Part shown: one piece after another, positions 43,077 to 53,975 of the stretch | Position numbering within the stretch: the stretch's first letter is position 1 | Layout: each line of letters starts with the position of its first letter | From: Octopus sinensis | Lineage: Eukaryota | DNA: 64,000 nt | Direction: 5' to 3' | Assembly (NCBI RefSeq): GCF_006345805.1 | Contig: NC_043001.1 | Coordinates: 96,720,001 to 96,784,000 of the forward strand | Made by a program: the position numbers and the translations under genes | The notes under the pieces: generated by a model | What the model was told of the DNA's origin: nothing | The model's database searches: none | Seen by the model: the letters and a program-made list of their open reading frames with translations, nothing else

Positions 43077-43155
43077 CATACATATACGGTAGGCTTCTTT
43101 CAGATTCCGTCCACCAATTATATACGCACAAGGCTTTGGTCGGCTCGAGGTTAAG
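42760..43155 (-). mobile_element. tRNA-derived SINE (microsatellite-containing), head truncated
   Basis: Homologous to 49814-50252. Confidence 0.85.
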
Positions 43156-43215
43156 CGACAAGGCCAATATATATATATATAATATATATATATATATATA
43201 ATATATATATATATA

Positions 43216-43275
<60 letters not shown>

Positions 43276-43718
43276 TGTGTGTGTGTGTGTGTCTCCGTGT
43301 ATGTGTGTGTCCTGGTCATCACTATAAACTACATCCGTTGGTGGGATCCATGGGCTCTAACTTCAGGTTTTTGGGTGTGTGGAACCACCTCTTAGCCACT
43401 ATTTTACCCAGTTCTACTCTAGCCCGGAGTGGTAGTAGTACCTGTAAGAGTCCCAGCAATGGGCTAACTAGCAAACCCCACTGCGACTGGGGAGGGGATC
43501 CGTAGAATGCACTCACCTTATTCCTCGCGTGGCGTAAGAGGCAACTAAAAGGGGCAGGTGCGTGGAGACTGGTACTCCTCGCCTTCTAATAGAATGCCTG
43601 ATGTGTGTTTGCTGCTGTGGCTACTCCATTCTAAAAAACAAATGGGGAAAATATGCCGGGCTATATTATGATGATGGTGATAATATTTACATTATTTATT
43701 TATTATAAGTATTATACG

Positions 43719-43754
<36 letters not shown>

Positions 43755-43807
43755 TAGTGAAGGGAAGAAATGGAGCTGAACGAAGATTCTACAGAATTCC
43801 TTTTATT

Positions 43808-43893
43808 ATTTTCTACACATGTTTCAAAGGCCGCAAATTTCCAAATTCGGATTGAATAAGGAGACAATTTTGCAGCTTTCTCTTCAGGAAAAT
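43808..43893 (-). ncRNA. Type I hammerhead ribozyme (predicted)
   Basis: Minus strand: AUUUUC / CUGAAGA / long helix II (GAAAGCUGCAAA...UUUGCGGCCUUU) / GAAA / ACAUGUGU helix III / GUA cleavage triplet / GAAAAU. Helix I is a perfect 6 bp. Confidence 0.82.
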
Positions 43894-44021
43894 CCAGGAA
43901 TTTAAATCTCCAAACAATGCGCAGCAAGCAATTCGAACAAAACGCTCCTCAGGAGCCCATGGAATGGCACAAACTATATATATATATATATAAATATATA
44001 TATATATAAATATATAAATAT

Positions 44022-44084
<63 letters not shown>

Positions 44085-44098
44085 ATATATATATATAT

Positions 44099-44161
<63 letters not shown>

Positions 44162-44309
44162 TTATTATGGTGGTGGTGTTGTTGTTTGTTCATTCTCGAG
44201 CCGTGCCTGGCTCATAAGGGCCGGTTTCCCGATATTATTGGGCCATAAATTCCCCGCCTGGACGGTGATATATATTAGAAGGTTTGGAGATGATGTACAG
44301 GTATTTTAT

Positions 44310-44465
44310 ATTAGAAGAAATGAGGCACTCAGAAATTCGGATGGTTTTATATTTACAGATATTTATTTGTATATTACATGTTTTTATATATCATATAACT
44401 TATATCATATATCATATACATTAGCGCTTTCGTCCATTCTGGTGGAGTTTTCAAATTGAACTAAG
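44310..44465. repeat. Dispersed repeat, second copy at 51668-51816; carries a hammerhead-like variant on the minus strand
   Basis: AAATGAGG(C/T)ACTCAGAA...GGATGGTTTTATATTTACAGATATTTATTTGTATATTACATG...TTAGCGCTTTC...AACTAAGTT is shared by both copies. Confidence 0.85.
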
Positions 44466-44928
44466 TTTCAAATTGAACATATATATGAGGTTGACTGGTT
44501 CGACTAAAAGCGGTGCTCCAGCATGGCTGCATTCAAATGACTGAAACAAATAGTAGAACAAAAGAATAAAAGGATATGTGTGTATGTTTGTGTATGCGTA
44601 TATGTATATATGTGTATGTGTATATATATGTATTTGTATACAAACAAGCACCCATATAGCCAATCAAACATCATTTATCAATGTGGTATTGTTTTCTCTT
44701 TACACATGCAACCAATCAAATGCTTCTTTTTGTTGTCGTTATCAGAATATTCATGTTATGTCTCTCACGGTTAATTACTCAAATTTGTTTTGAAGTTCAA
44801 AGGCGAATCATAAAAATAAACGATTCACCTTTCATAAACTTATTTTGACATTCTGCATTCAGTATTTAAAATTCTCTTTCCGCCTTCTTGCTGGTAGTGA
44901 AACTTTCATACACAAGTCTTTCCATATG

Positions 44929-45009
<81 letters not shown>

Positions 45010-45189
45010 TTTTTTTTCCTCTCCCCCTTTTTTTTTAACCCCCCTTTTTTTTGTCCTCTTTCTCTCCTTTTACGATCCCTTTTGATCGAAACTCCCCCTT
45101 CCTTTTTTTTTTTTAAACCTTCAAAAGAAAAGCTCTACCTTGTAATTTGTTCTATCTGTGTGCAGCCCTGTGTGGCTAATAAAGAAACA

Positions 45190-45190
<1 letters not shown>
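45010..45190 (+). mobile_element. 3' UTR-only copy of the Tx1/L1-type LINE
   Basis: Aligns with 46270-46440; (TATC)n on both sides. Confidence 0.8.
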
Positions 45191-45266
<76 letters not shown>

Positions 45267-45270
45267 GTCA

Positions 45271-45354
<84 letters not shown>

Positions 45355-45659
45355 CCTGTCAATCTCTCTGTCTACCTGTCTGTCTGTTTGTCTGGCTGAC
45401 TGTTTGTCTTGGCCCTGTACGGCTAATAATGAGATGCATGTATATATATATGTATGTGTATATGTATGTATGTATCTATCTATCTGCCTGTCAGTCTCTC
45501 TGCCTGCCTGTCTGTCTCTTTGTCTGTCTGACTGTTTGTTTCGGTCCTGTATGGCTAATAAGGAAATGTATGTATATATGTAAGTATGTATGTATGTATG
45601 TATGTATGTATGTATGTATGTATGTATGTATGTATGTATCTATCTATCTATCTATTTAC

Positions 45660-46438
45660 CTGTCTCGAGAAACACGGGGTCGACCTGCCCGAGATGCGGT
45701 CAAACCGTTCTGTATGCACTCGTGCAGTGTCCAACAATTTCCGACCTGTGGGCTTATGTCGAACAACTGCTGTCACGTGTGGGACGAGTCGGCTTATCAG
45801 CCGAGTCTATCGTCAATATTGTCACGCCTCCTTCCTTCAAACGTGAAGGAAGAGCTATTTTCATCATCCTTGTGGCTATGGCAAAAGAATGTATCTGGTG
45901 GACGCGTCTGAAAGGATTAGAGTCAAACACTTTCCTCTCTGTTCAATCTCATCAACTTCTTCAAGTATCACTTGAAAAGGAAAGTGAGAGTAGAGAGGCA
46001 AGTTTTGTCTAGCGAATATTTTAAAAAGAGATGGGTGAATGTAGCAAGGATGGCACGTATGAATGACGAAGCCACCTTGAGCATAATCCTATGAACCCGG
46101 AAATTGAAAATAGAGGGTTACCTACTTGCAAACAAATGTGGTAACATGTAACAATATGGACCGAGGTTACCGTGGTGTTTTCCGTAGGTTTTTCTTCCCA
46201 CGGATAAACCTTATCTGCTTCCCCTTTACACCTTACATCTGTGATACACGATCCCTATCGATCGTTTTTTTTCCTTTTTTGTGTCTTTTCCTTTTTTTCT
46301 TTCTGCTTTCCCTTTTACGATCCCTTTCGATCGAAAACCTACCCCACCTTTATATTTTTTCCTCTCCCCCCAAAAGAAAAGCTCTACTTTGTAATCTGTC
46401 CCGTCTGTGTGCAGCCCTGTGTGACAAATAAAGAAACA

Positions 46439-46440
<2 letters not shown>
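45660..46440 (+). mobile_element. Tx1/L1-clade LINE 3' end (CCHC zinc-finger region of ORF2 plus 3' UTR)
   Basis: [26 protein letters not shown]...[11 protein letters not shown], then after a frameshift FFKYHLKRKVRVER...FKKRWVNVAR; pyrimidine-rich UTR, AATAAA-like end, TATC/TC repeats. Confidence 0.8.
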
Positions 46441-46509
<69 letters not shown>

Positions 46510-46538
46510 GTTTATCTATCTATCTATCTATCTATCTA

Positions 46539-46594
<56 letters not shown>

Positions 46595-47150
46595 GAACTA
46601 CCTTGGCACATATTTTAGAGTGGATTGTAGGTATTTGACATCTACTTCAAGCATTGGTGTTGGTAATTTCCAGTAGCCCTGAACTATAATTATATTTTTA
46701 CAATTATATACATAAAGAAATTAACGTTACATATACGTTCATTCTTATGTGCTAGGCCACTGATATAATAATCTTTATGAATATATCTTTATCTTATAAG
46801 TACATATGTATGTGTGTGTGCATCTGTATATATATATATATATATATGTATATATGTTATATATTATATATTATATATATATATATATATTATTATATAT
46901 ATATTATATATATATATATATATATTTTCAATTAGTCAATTTAGGGTAGCAAGAAAATTCAATAGAAATTTATCGCAACCAGCGGCCTGGTGGAAAAGAG
47001 AAAATAGTCATCGACTAATATATAAATATAACAATTTAGGAGTGACCCCAACAGGTCACTCGTCCACCAGAAAGAGCGGCCTAACTCACACCGCCAAGTA
47101 GTAGTAATTCAGAAATTAGGTGAAAATTTAAAAACATTTACCCTAATTCA

Positions 47151-47252
47151 TCTTTTAGACGTTGCAACGTTTCTGTGTCATTAATGATTAAATTAGCTTA
47201 ATTAAATTAAATTAAGCCAATCTACCATAGGTTACACTTCATCAGTAAAAGA
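47151..47252 (-). ncRNA. Type I hammerhead ribozyme, copy 1 (predicted)
   Basis: UCUUUUA CUGAUGA [A GUGU...ACAC A] GAAA CGUUG CAACG UC UAAAAGA; predicted cleavage between 47158 and 47157. Confidence 0.85.
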
Positions 47253-47627
47253 CCTGGGAGAGACAAATATACACGAGGCGTCTGTATCGATGCCTACGGG
47301 ATATCGACTTAAAATTTTCAAGACTGACGTATTCGCGCCAAACTTATCAGCAGTAAATATAAACTGCCGATTCAATCTCAGAATTATTCAGAAAATTATC
47401 AATTAGTCATTTAGGGTAGCAAGAAAATTCAATAGAAATTTATCGCAACCAGCGGCCTGGTGGAAAGGAGAAAATAGTCATCGACTAATATATAAATATA
47501 ACAATTTAGGAGTGACCCCAACAGGTCACTCGTCCACCAGAAAGAGCAGCCATACCACACACTCACCACCGCCAGTAGTAGTAGTTCAGAAATTAGGTGA
47601 AAATTTAAAAACATTTACCCTAATTCA

Positions 47628-47728
47628 TCTTTTAGACGTTGCAACGTTTCTGTGTCATTAATGATTAAATTAGCTTAATTAAATTAATTAAGCCAATCTA
47701 CCATAGGTTACACTTCATCAGTAAAAGA
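47628..47728 (-). ncRNA. Type I hammerhead ribozyme, copy 2 (predicted)
   Basis: Core, helix I and helix III identical to copy 1. Confidence 0.85.
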
Positions 47729-48092
47729 CCTGGAGAGACAAATATACACGAGGCGTCTGTATCGATGCCTACGGGATATCTGACTTAAAATTTTCAAGAC
47801 TGACGTATTCGCGCCAAACTTATCAGCAGTAAATATAAACTGCCGATTCAATCTCAGAATTATTCAGAAAATTATCAATTAGTCAATTTAGGGTAGCAAG
47901 AAAATTCAATAGAAATTTATCGCAACACGGCCTGGTGGAAAAGAGAAAATAGTCATCGACTAAATATATAAATATAACATTTAGGAGTGACCCCAACAGT
48001 CACTCCCACCAGAAAGAGCAGCCATAACTCACACCGCCAAGTAGTAGTAATTCAGAATTAGGTGAAAATTTAAAAACATTTACCCTAATTCA

Positions 48093-48193
48093 TCTTTTAG
48101 ACGTTGCAACGTTTCTGTGTCATTAATGATTAAATTAGCTTAATTAATTAAATTAAGCCAATCTACCATAGGTTACACTTCATCAGTAAAAGA
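48093..48193 (-). ncRNA. Type I hammerhead ribozyme, copy 3 (predicted)
   Basis: Core, helix I and helix III identical to copy 1. Confidence 0.85.
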
Positions 48194-48316
48194 CCTGGGA
48201 GAGACAAATATACACGATGCGTCTGTATCGATGCCTACGGGATATCTGACTTAAAATTTCAAGACTGACGTATTCGCGCCAAACTTATCAGCAGTAAATA
48301 TAAACTGCCGATTCAA

Positions 48317-48604
48317 TTTTTAATTTTCACCTAATTTCTGAATTACTACTACTTGCGGTGTGAGTTATGGCTGCTCTTTCTGGTGGACGAGTGACCTGTT
48401 GGGGTCACTCCTAAATTGTTATATTATATATTTAGTCGATGACTATTTTCTCTTTTCCACCAGGCCGCTGGTTGCGATAAATTCTATTGAATTTTCTTGC
48501 TACCCTAATTGACTAATTGATAATTTTCTGAATAATTCTGAGATTGAATCGGCAGTTTATATTTACTGCTGATAATTTGGCGCGAATACGTCAGTCTTGA
48601 AAAT
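48317..48604 (+). repeat. Inverted partial copy of the 470-bp unit
   Basis: Reverse complement of the segment ATTTTCAAGACTGACG...unit junction...GGTGAAAATTTAAAAA; does not include the ribozyme. Confidence 0.92.
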
Positions 48605-49684
48605 GCATTCATCTCATACATACTTATATGTATGAATGTATGTATGTATCTGTCTGTCTGTTTGTCTTTCTGTCAGTCCGTTTGCCTTTCTGTCAGTCTG
48701 TCTGACTGCCTGTTTGTGTGTATTTATGTATGTATGCACATGCGTATGTATATATGCATGTGTGCGTGTGTGTATGAATGTATCTTTCTGTCTGTCTGCC
48801 TTTCTGTCAGTCTGTCTGTTTGAATGTATGTATATATTTATGTGTTTGTGTGTGTGTGTGTGTATTTGTGTGTGTGAGTGTATGCGTGAGTATGTGTATA
48901 TATATGTTCATCTACATGCATGCGATGGCTTCAACACGATATCGAGCATAGCCACTGCTAAATAGTTCTCTTAAACACAGGCAGCTCAAATATGCGTTTT
49001 TAGGCTTGCTATAGATCTACGCCATTTTGCACAGATGTAGCATAACAGACTTTGCAACAGTTTTCAGACAATTTACCATCATGTTGACCCACACCTTTAT
49101 TCCATAAATGGAATCTTTTGATATTTCTTTTGCCTTATAACAGTCAGTTAAATAATATGTAATATAGATATTATAAGAGATGTTAAAAATTAAGCGATGC
49201 TTGTTCTTGAAGTATTTTAGGGTAAGAAAATACCCTGCATTAGGCCACTCTCTAAACAACATATGCAATAGCTTAAAATGGAGAATTAGTCTACATCATT
49301 GGATTTTAAAAAATGGTGTTGTTACGTTAGAGATTTTATTTATAAAGAGAAATATTTAAAAACTGTTTGGTATATGCCCACTTCCTGCTGTTGTTCGGTT
49401 GAAGCCTGGTGCTACTATTAACATATAGATCGGTACAAATTGTTGCATGGGGGCCCGTCGGCGAGTAAACCGGTAATCCTAGTATACCCGCTTGGTAAGT
49501 AGGTGGTTTTCATTGTACACGCTACAGGACGAACAAAAATCTTCAAGTGGTTATAAATTAGATGATGATCACGTTAAATTGTCAAAACCTACGTTAATTC
49601 TGACGTAGCTGAACCTAGGATATGTATGTACGTACGTCTGTCTGACTGGCGTTATGTATGCATGCATGTATGTATGTCTCTAGC

Positions 49685-49813
<129 letters not shown>

Positions 49814-49962
49814 ATAGGCATAGGAGTGGTTGTGTGGTAAGTTGCTTGCTAGCGAACCACATGGGCTCCGGTTTCACTCCAACTGTGTGGCACCTTGGGC
49901 AAGTGTCTTCTGCTATAGCCTTGTGAGTGGATTTGGTAGACGGAAGCTGAAAGAAGCCCGCC

Positions 49963-50042
<80 letters not shown>

Positions 50043-50252
50043 TTGTGTGTCTGTGTTTGTCCCCCCCAACATCGTTTGACAACCGATGCTGTTGTGTTTA
50101 CGTCCCCGTAACTTAGCGGTTCGGCAAAAGATACCAATAGAATAAGTACTAGGCTTACAAAGAATAGGCCCTGAGGTCGATTTGCTCGACTAAAAGTGGT
50201 TCTCCAGCATGGCCACAATCAAATGACTGAAACAAGAAAAAGAGTAAAGAGT
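49814..50252 (+). mobile_element. Full-length tRNA-derived SINE with internal (TA)n(GT)n
   Basis: Head ATAGGCATAGGAGTGGTTGTGTGGTAAG, central microsatellite, right arm, tail CCAGCATGGCCACAATCAAATGACTGAAACAAG. Confidence 0.9.
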
Positions 50253-50828
50253 ATATAGGTATCGAACAGTAATCACAATATTTAACCAGGCTCCTATCCA
50301 TATGAATAATTATAATCATCGGTGTTGCTGACAATATGAAAATATGGAGCTTAACGAAAGCACCGAGGACATTTAAAGCTCCCAGAAAGAGTATAATCAA
50401 AATTATATGCAAGCGGGCTGGAGCAAACAGAATAATTTTAAAGGAATTTCTATAAGGCTTCTAATAGATTTCAACCATGATACACAGGATCAGTAGTGAC
50501 TGCTAACCCTAAGTCAGCATCCGTGCGTAGGAGATAATGCATAATTTCATGCTCATATTCCTAAATAAAATCAATTTGAATATGATTTCCGAGGCAGATT
50601 CTGAAATTGTTTACAACGAGAAAACAAGCAACTCTGTTGGTCGTGTTGCAGCCATTTTTCCCGGGTGCTTAGATTTTTACTATCAACTATGTTAGCAGTA
50701 ATCTAACTGCAGCAATCCAACATTTTCAGACGAAGAGGATTAAGTCTATGCAGCAAATAAGTCACTGAGAGAAGATAGAATATTTAATATATTGAACCTC
50801 GGAGCGAAAACAAGAGCTATATAACGTG

Positions 50829-50887
<59 letters not shown>

Positions 50888-51612
50888 GTAGTAGACATGG
50901 ATATAAATACAAAGAAGTGTGGAGTAAATGATAAAAGTATGTTGAGGGGAATAGTCGATGAAGAAAATAAAGCCGATAGAACGAGCAACGATGCTGGATG
51001 CTTTAAATATATGCCGTGCAGAGGGAACAGATAAAAAGATACAAAAGCAGAAACTGACAAAGAAAAGAAAACGAAAAAGGAAAAGTAAACAGTTACGGGT
51101 TGAATATATAATTATGTATTTGTAAGACCAAAAGAGAAGTCAAATGTAGGCAAGATAAATAGAGGATACGAAGAGTTAGGAAAAATACCCTGGTCGATAT
51201 TTAGCGGCTGTAATACGAAAACTTTTGAATAGACAGAGAGCGATTATAAGAGCATGAAGTAGAACAGTTTTCGAGAAAATAAATAAGATAATAGAAGGGT
51301 ACTTTTAAAAAAAACACTCGATATTCTATATAGTAAATATTTAAATAAAAAATTGGTAAATTATCAGTGAAAATGCTAAATAAGAATTAAAATCGTTATT
51401 GAATATGGAAACCTATCTAATGTTTCGGTGTATGTCATAATATTTTAGTGCCCAGTAGTTGAACTAGTGCTTAAAATCTTACAGAAACTGTTTCTGTAAG
51501 ACCCTCAACCTACCATAGATAATTTAACTAAAATATATCAAACGGAGAGAGAGAGAGAGGGAGAAAGAGGGAGGGAGAGAGAGAGAGAGAGAGAAGATGC
51601 GAAGAATATGCA

Positions 51613-51674
<62 letters not shown>

Positions 51675-51972
51675 CAAATGAGGTACTCAGAACTTCGGAT
51701 GGTTTTATATTTACAGATATTTATTTGTATATTACATGTTTTTATACATTATATAACTTAGATCATGTATTAGCGCTTTCTCCCATTCTAGTGGGGTTTT
51801 CAAATCGAACTAAGTTCCTGTGTAAAACGTTTTGACCATTTTATAGTGTTATTGAGTGTATATATATATATATATATATATATACAAAAAGCAATAAAGA
51901 TTCAAGTTAATTTAAATGAATTTACTTGAATATGGTACCTAACTTAGATTCACAAAAAAAAACTATACTGTT

Positions 51973-52109
51973 TTAACAATACAGTAATGTGGGGTGATTA
52001 TAAGCGAGAATGGCTTCATGACTTTCTGAAAGATAGAAGTCAGGTGGTAGTGGCCAATGGGGCCACTTCCATTAACAATACAGTAATGTGGGGTGATTAT
52101 AAGCGAGAA
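51973..52109. repeat. 38-bp direct repeat enclosing a 72-bp copy of LINE RT sequence
   Basis: 51973-52010 equals 52072-52109; 52006-52077 equals 52852-52923 with one mismatch. Confidence 0.95.
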
Positions 52110-52235
52110 AGAAGCAACAAGAATGGATAGGTTTTTAGTACAATCGTTTCATACAAGGACAGGCTTTAATAAAGCCTGTCCTTGTATGAAACGATTGTAC
52201 TAAAAACCTATCCATTCTTGTTGCTTCTTTCTCGC
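52103..52235. repeat. Perfect palindrome, 66-bp arms with 1-nt centre
   Basis: 52103-52168 is the exact reverse complement of 52170-52235. Confidence 0.97.
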
Positions 52236-52279
<44 letters not shown>

Positions 52280-52280
52280 T

Positions 52281-53975
52281 ACCACTGCAGATATAAAATC
52301 AGAGGCGGCGACGATAGATTACATCGATATAAAGGAAGACGATGTAATCAAGGCTATAGATGAAATGAAAACAGACTCAGCTACTGGCCCCGATGGATTC
52401 CCGGCAATCCTCCTAAAAGCATGTAAGAGAGTCCTAGCAAGACCACTGCAGTTCCTCTTTCAGAGCTTCCTTGCAGCTGGCAAACTTCCAAGAAAACTGA
52501 AGGAAGGTAAAATATACCCCATTCATAAAGGAGGTAGCAGAGCGGAAGCCAAGAACTATAGACCTATCTCTCTGACCTCACACATCAGCAAGGTCATGGA
52601 ACGAATAGTCAGAAGGAAGCTGATCACCTTCCTTGAAGAGAATGACTTGCTGCCCGACACCCAACATGGTTTCCAACCAGGGAGAAGCTGTTTAACTCAG
52701 CTCCTACAACACTATGACTGGGTGCTGAAACGGCTGCTCAACCACTCAAATGTGGAAGTGATATATCTCGACTTTGCAAAGGCCTTTGATAAAGTCGATC
52801 ACGGAATGATATGTCACAAACTGCGTGATCTCAACATAGTTGGAAAACTGGGAGAATGGCTTCATGACTTTCTGAAGGATAGAAGTCAGGTGGTAGTGGC
52901 CAATGGGGCCACTTCCATTAACACGCAAATAGTGAGCGGTGTTCTGCAGGGCACTGTTCTGGGACCACTACTGTGGCCCTCTCAGACATGCCCTCAGCCA
53001 CGCAGAGAGCCACGATCACAAGTTATGCAGATGATACAAAAGTTTCACAGGCAATACAGAACCCTGAGGACACTAAACACCTGCAATGTGAGCTAGATAA
53101 AATATACAAGTGGGCCGAAAAGAATAGCATGCAGTTCAATGCTAAAAAGTTTCAAGCTCTATACTATCAGCATGCAAAACTAATTGCAATACCCAATGAA
53201 TACACTGGACCTGGAGGATTAGCAATCCCAGAGGCACAATCAGTGCGTGACCTAGGTATTTACATGAGTGATGACGCGACCTTTCGTGTACATGTTGCTA
53301 AATTGGCAATGAAATGTAGACGACTGGCCGGATGGATCCTCAGAACCTTTAGAACAAGAGAACAAGAAACCATGATGGTCCTCTGGAGGACACTTGTCCT
53401 AAGCCACTTTGACTACTGCTCTCAGTTATGGTCACCATCCAGTGTCAAGTTGATCACAGAGCTCGAGGCGATCCAACGTAGCTACACGAAGAAGATAGCC
53501 TCTATGCAGAATGTAAGCTACTGGGAAAGATATGCCATAATATACATCTGGAAGATCCTGGAGGGACGTGTCCTGAACTTTGGCATCGAGAGTTACGCAA
53601 ATGCCAGAACTGGGCGCCACTGTGTGGTGCCTAGGACTCCAAACTTGCCATCAAGATGTAGGACAAGATTCTGTGATAGCCTGGGCTTCCGAGGCCCACA
53701 GCTCTTCAATATCCTCCCGAAGAACCTGAGAGACCTGCATGGGGTGGATGCAGATGTCTTTAAAATGAAGCTGGATCTATTCCTGTCAGGTGTCCCAGAT
53801 GAACCAACTTCACGGCAGGAGGGGCAGATGAGGGCAGCTGCATCGAACTCTCTCATGCACCAAATGGCAGTTGCTAGAAAACTCTCGTGAAGTGAAACCA
53901 AGTAGCAACACCAAATGGCGGTGCCCCAGCATGGCCACAGCTCATAAGCTGAAACTAGAATCGATCAATCAATCA

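Larger units (their letters stand above)
46928..48317 (-). repeat. Three tandem ~470-bp units each carrying a hammerhead ribozyme (retrozyme/PLE pLTR-like array)
   Basis: Units start at 46928, 47399 and 47875 (the third truncated at about 48317); highly similar, differing mainly by small indels. Confidence 0.92.
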
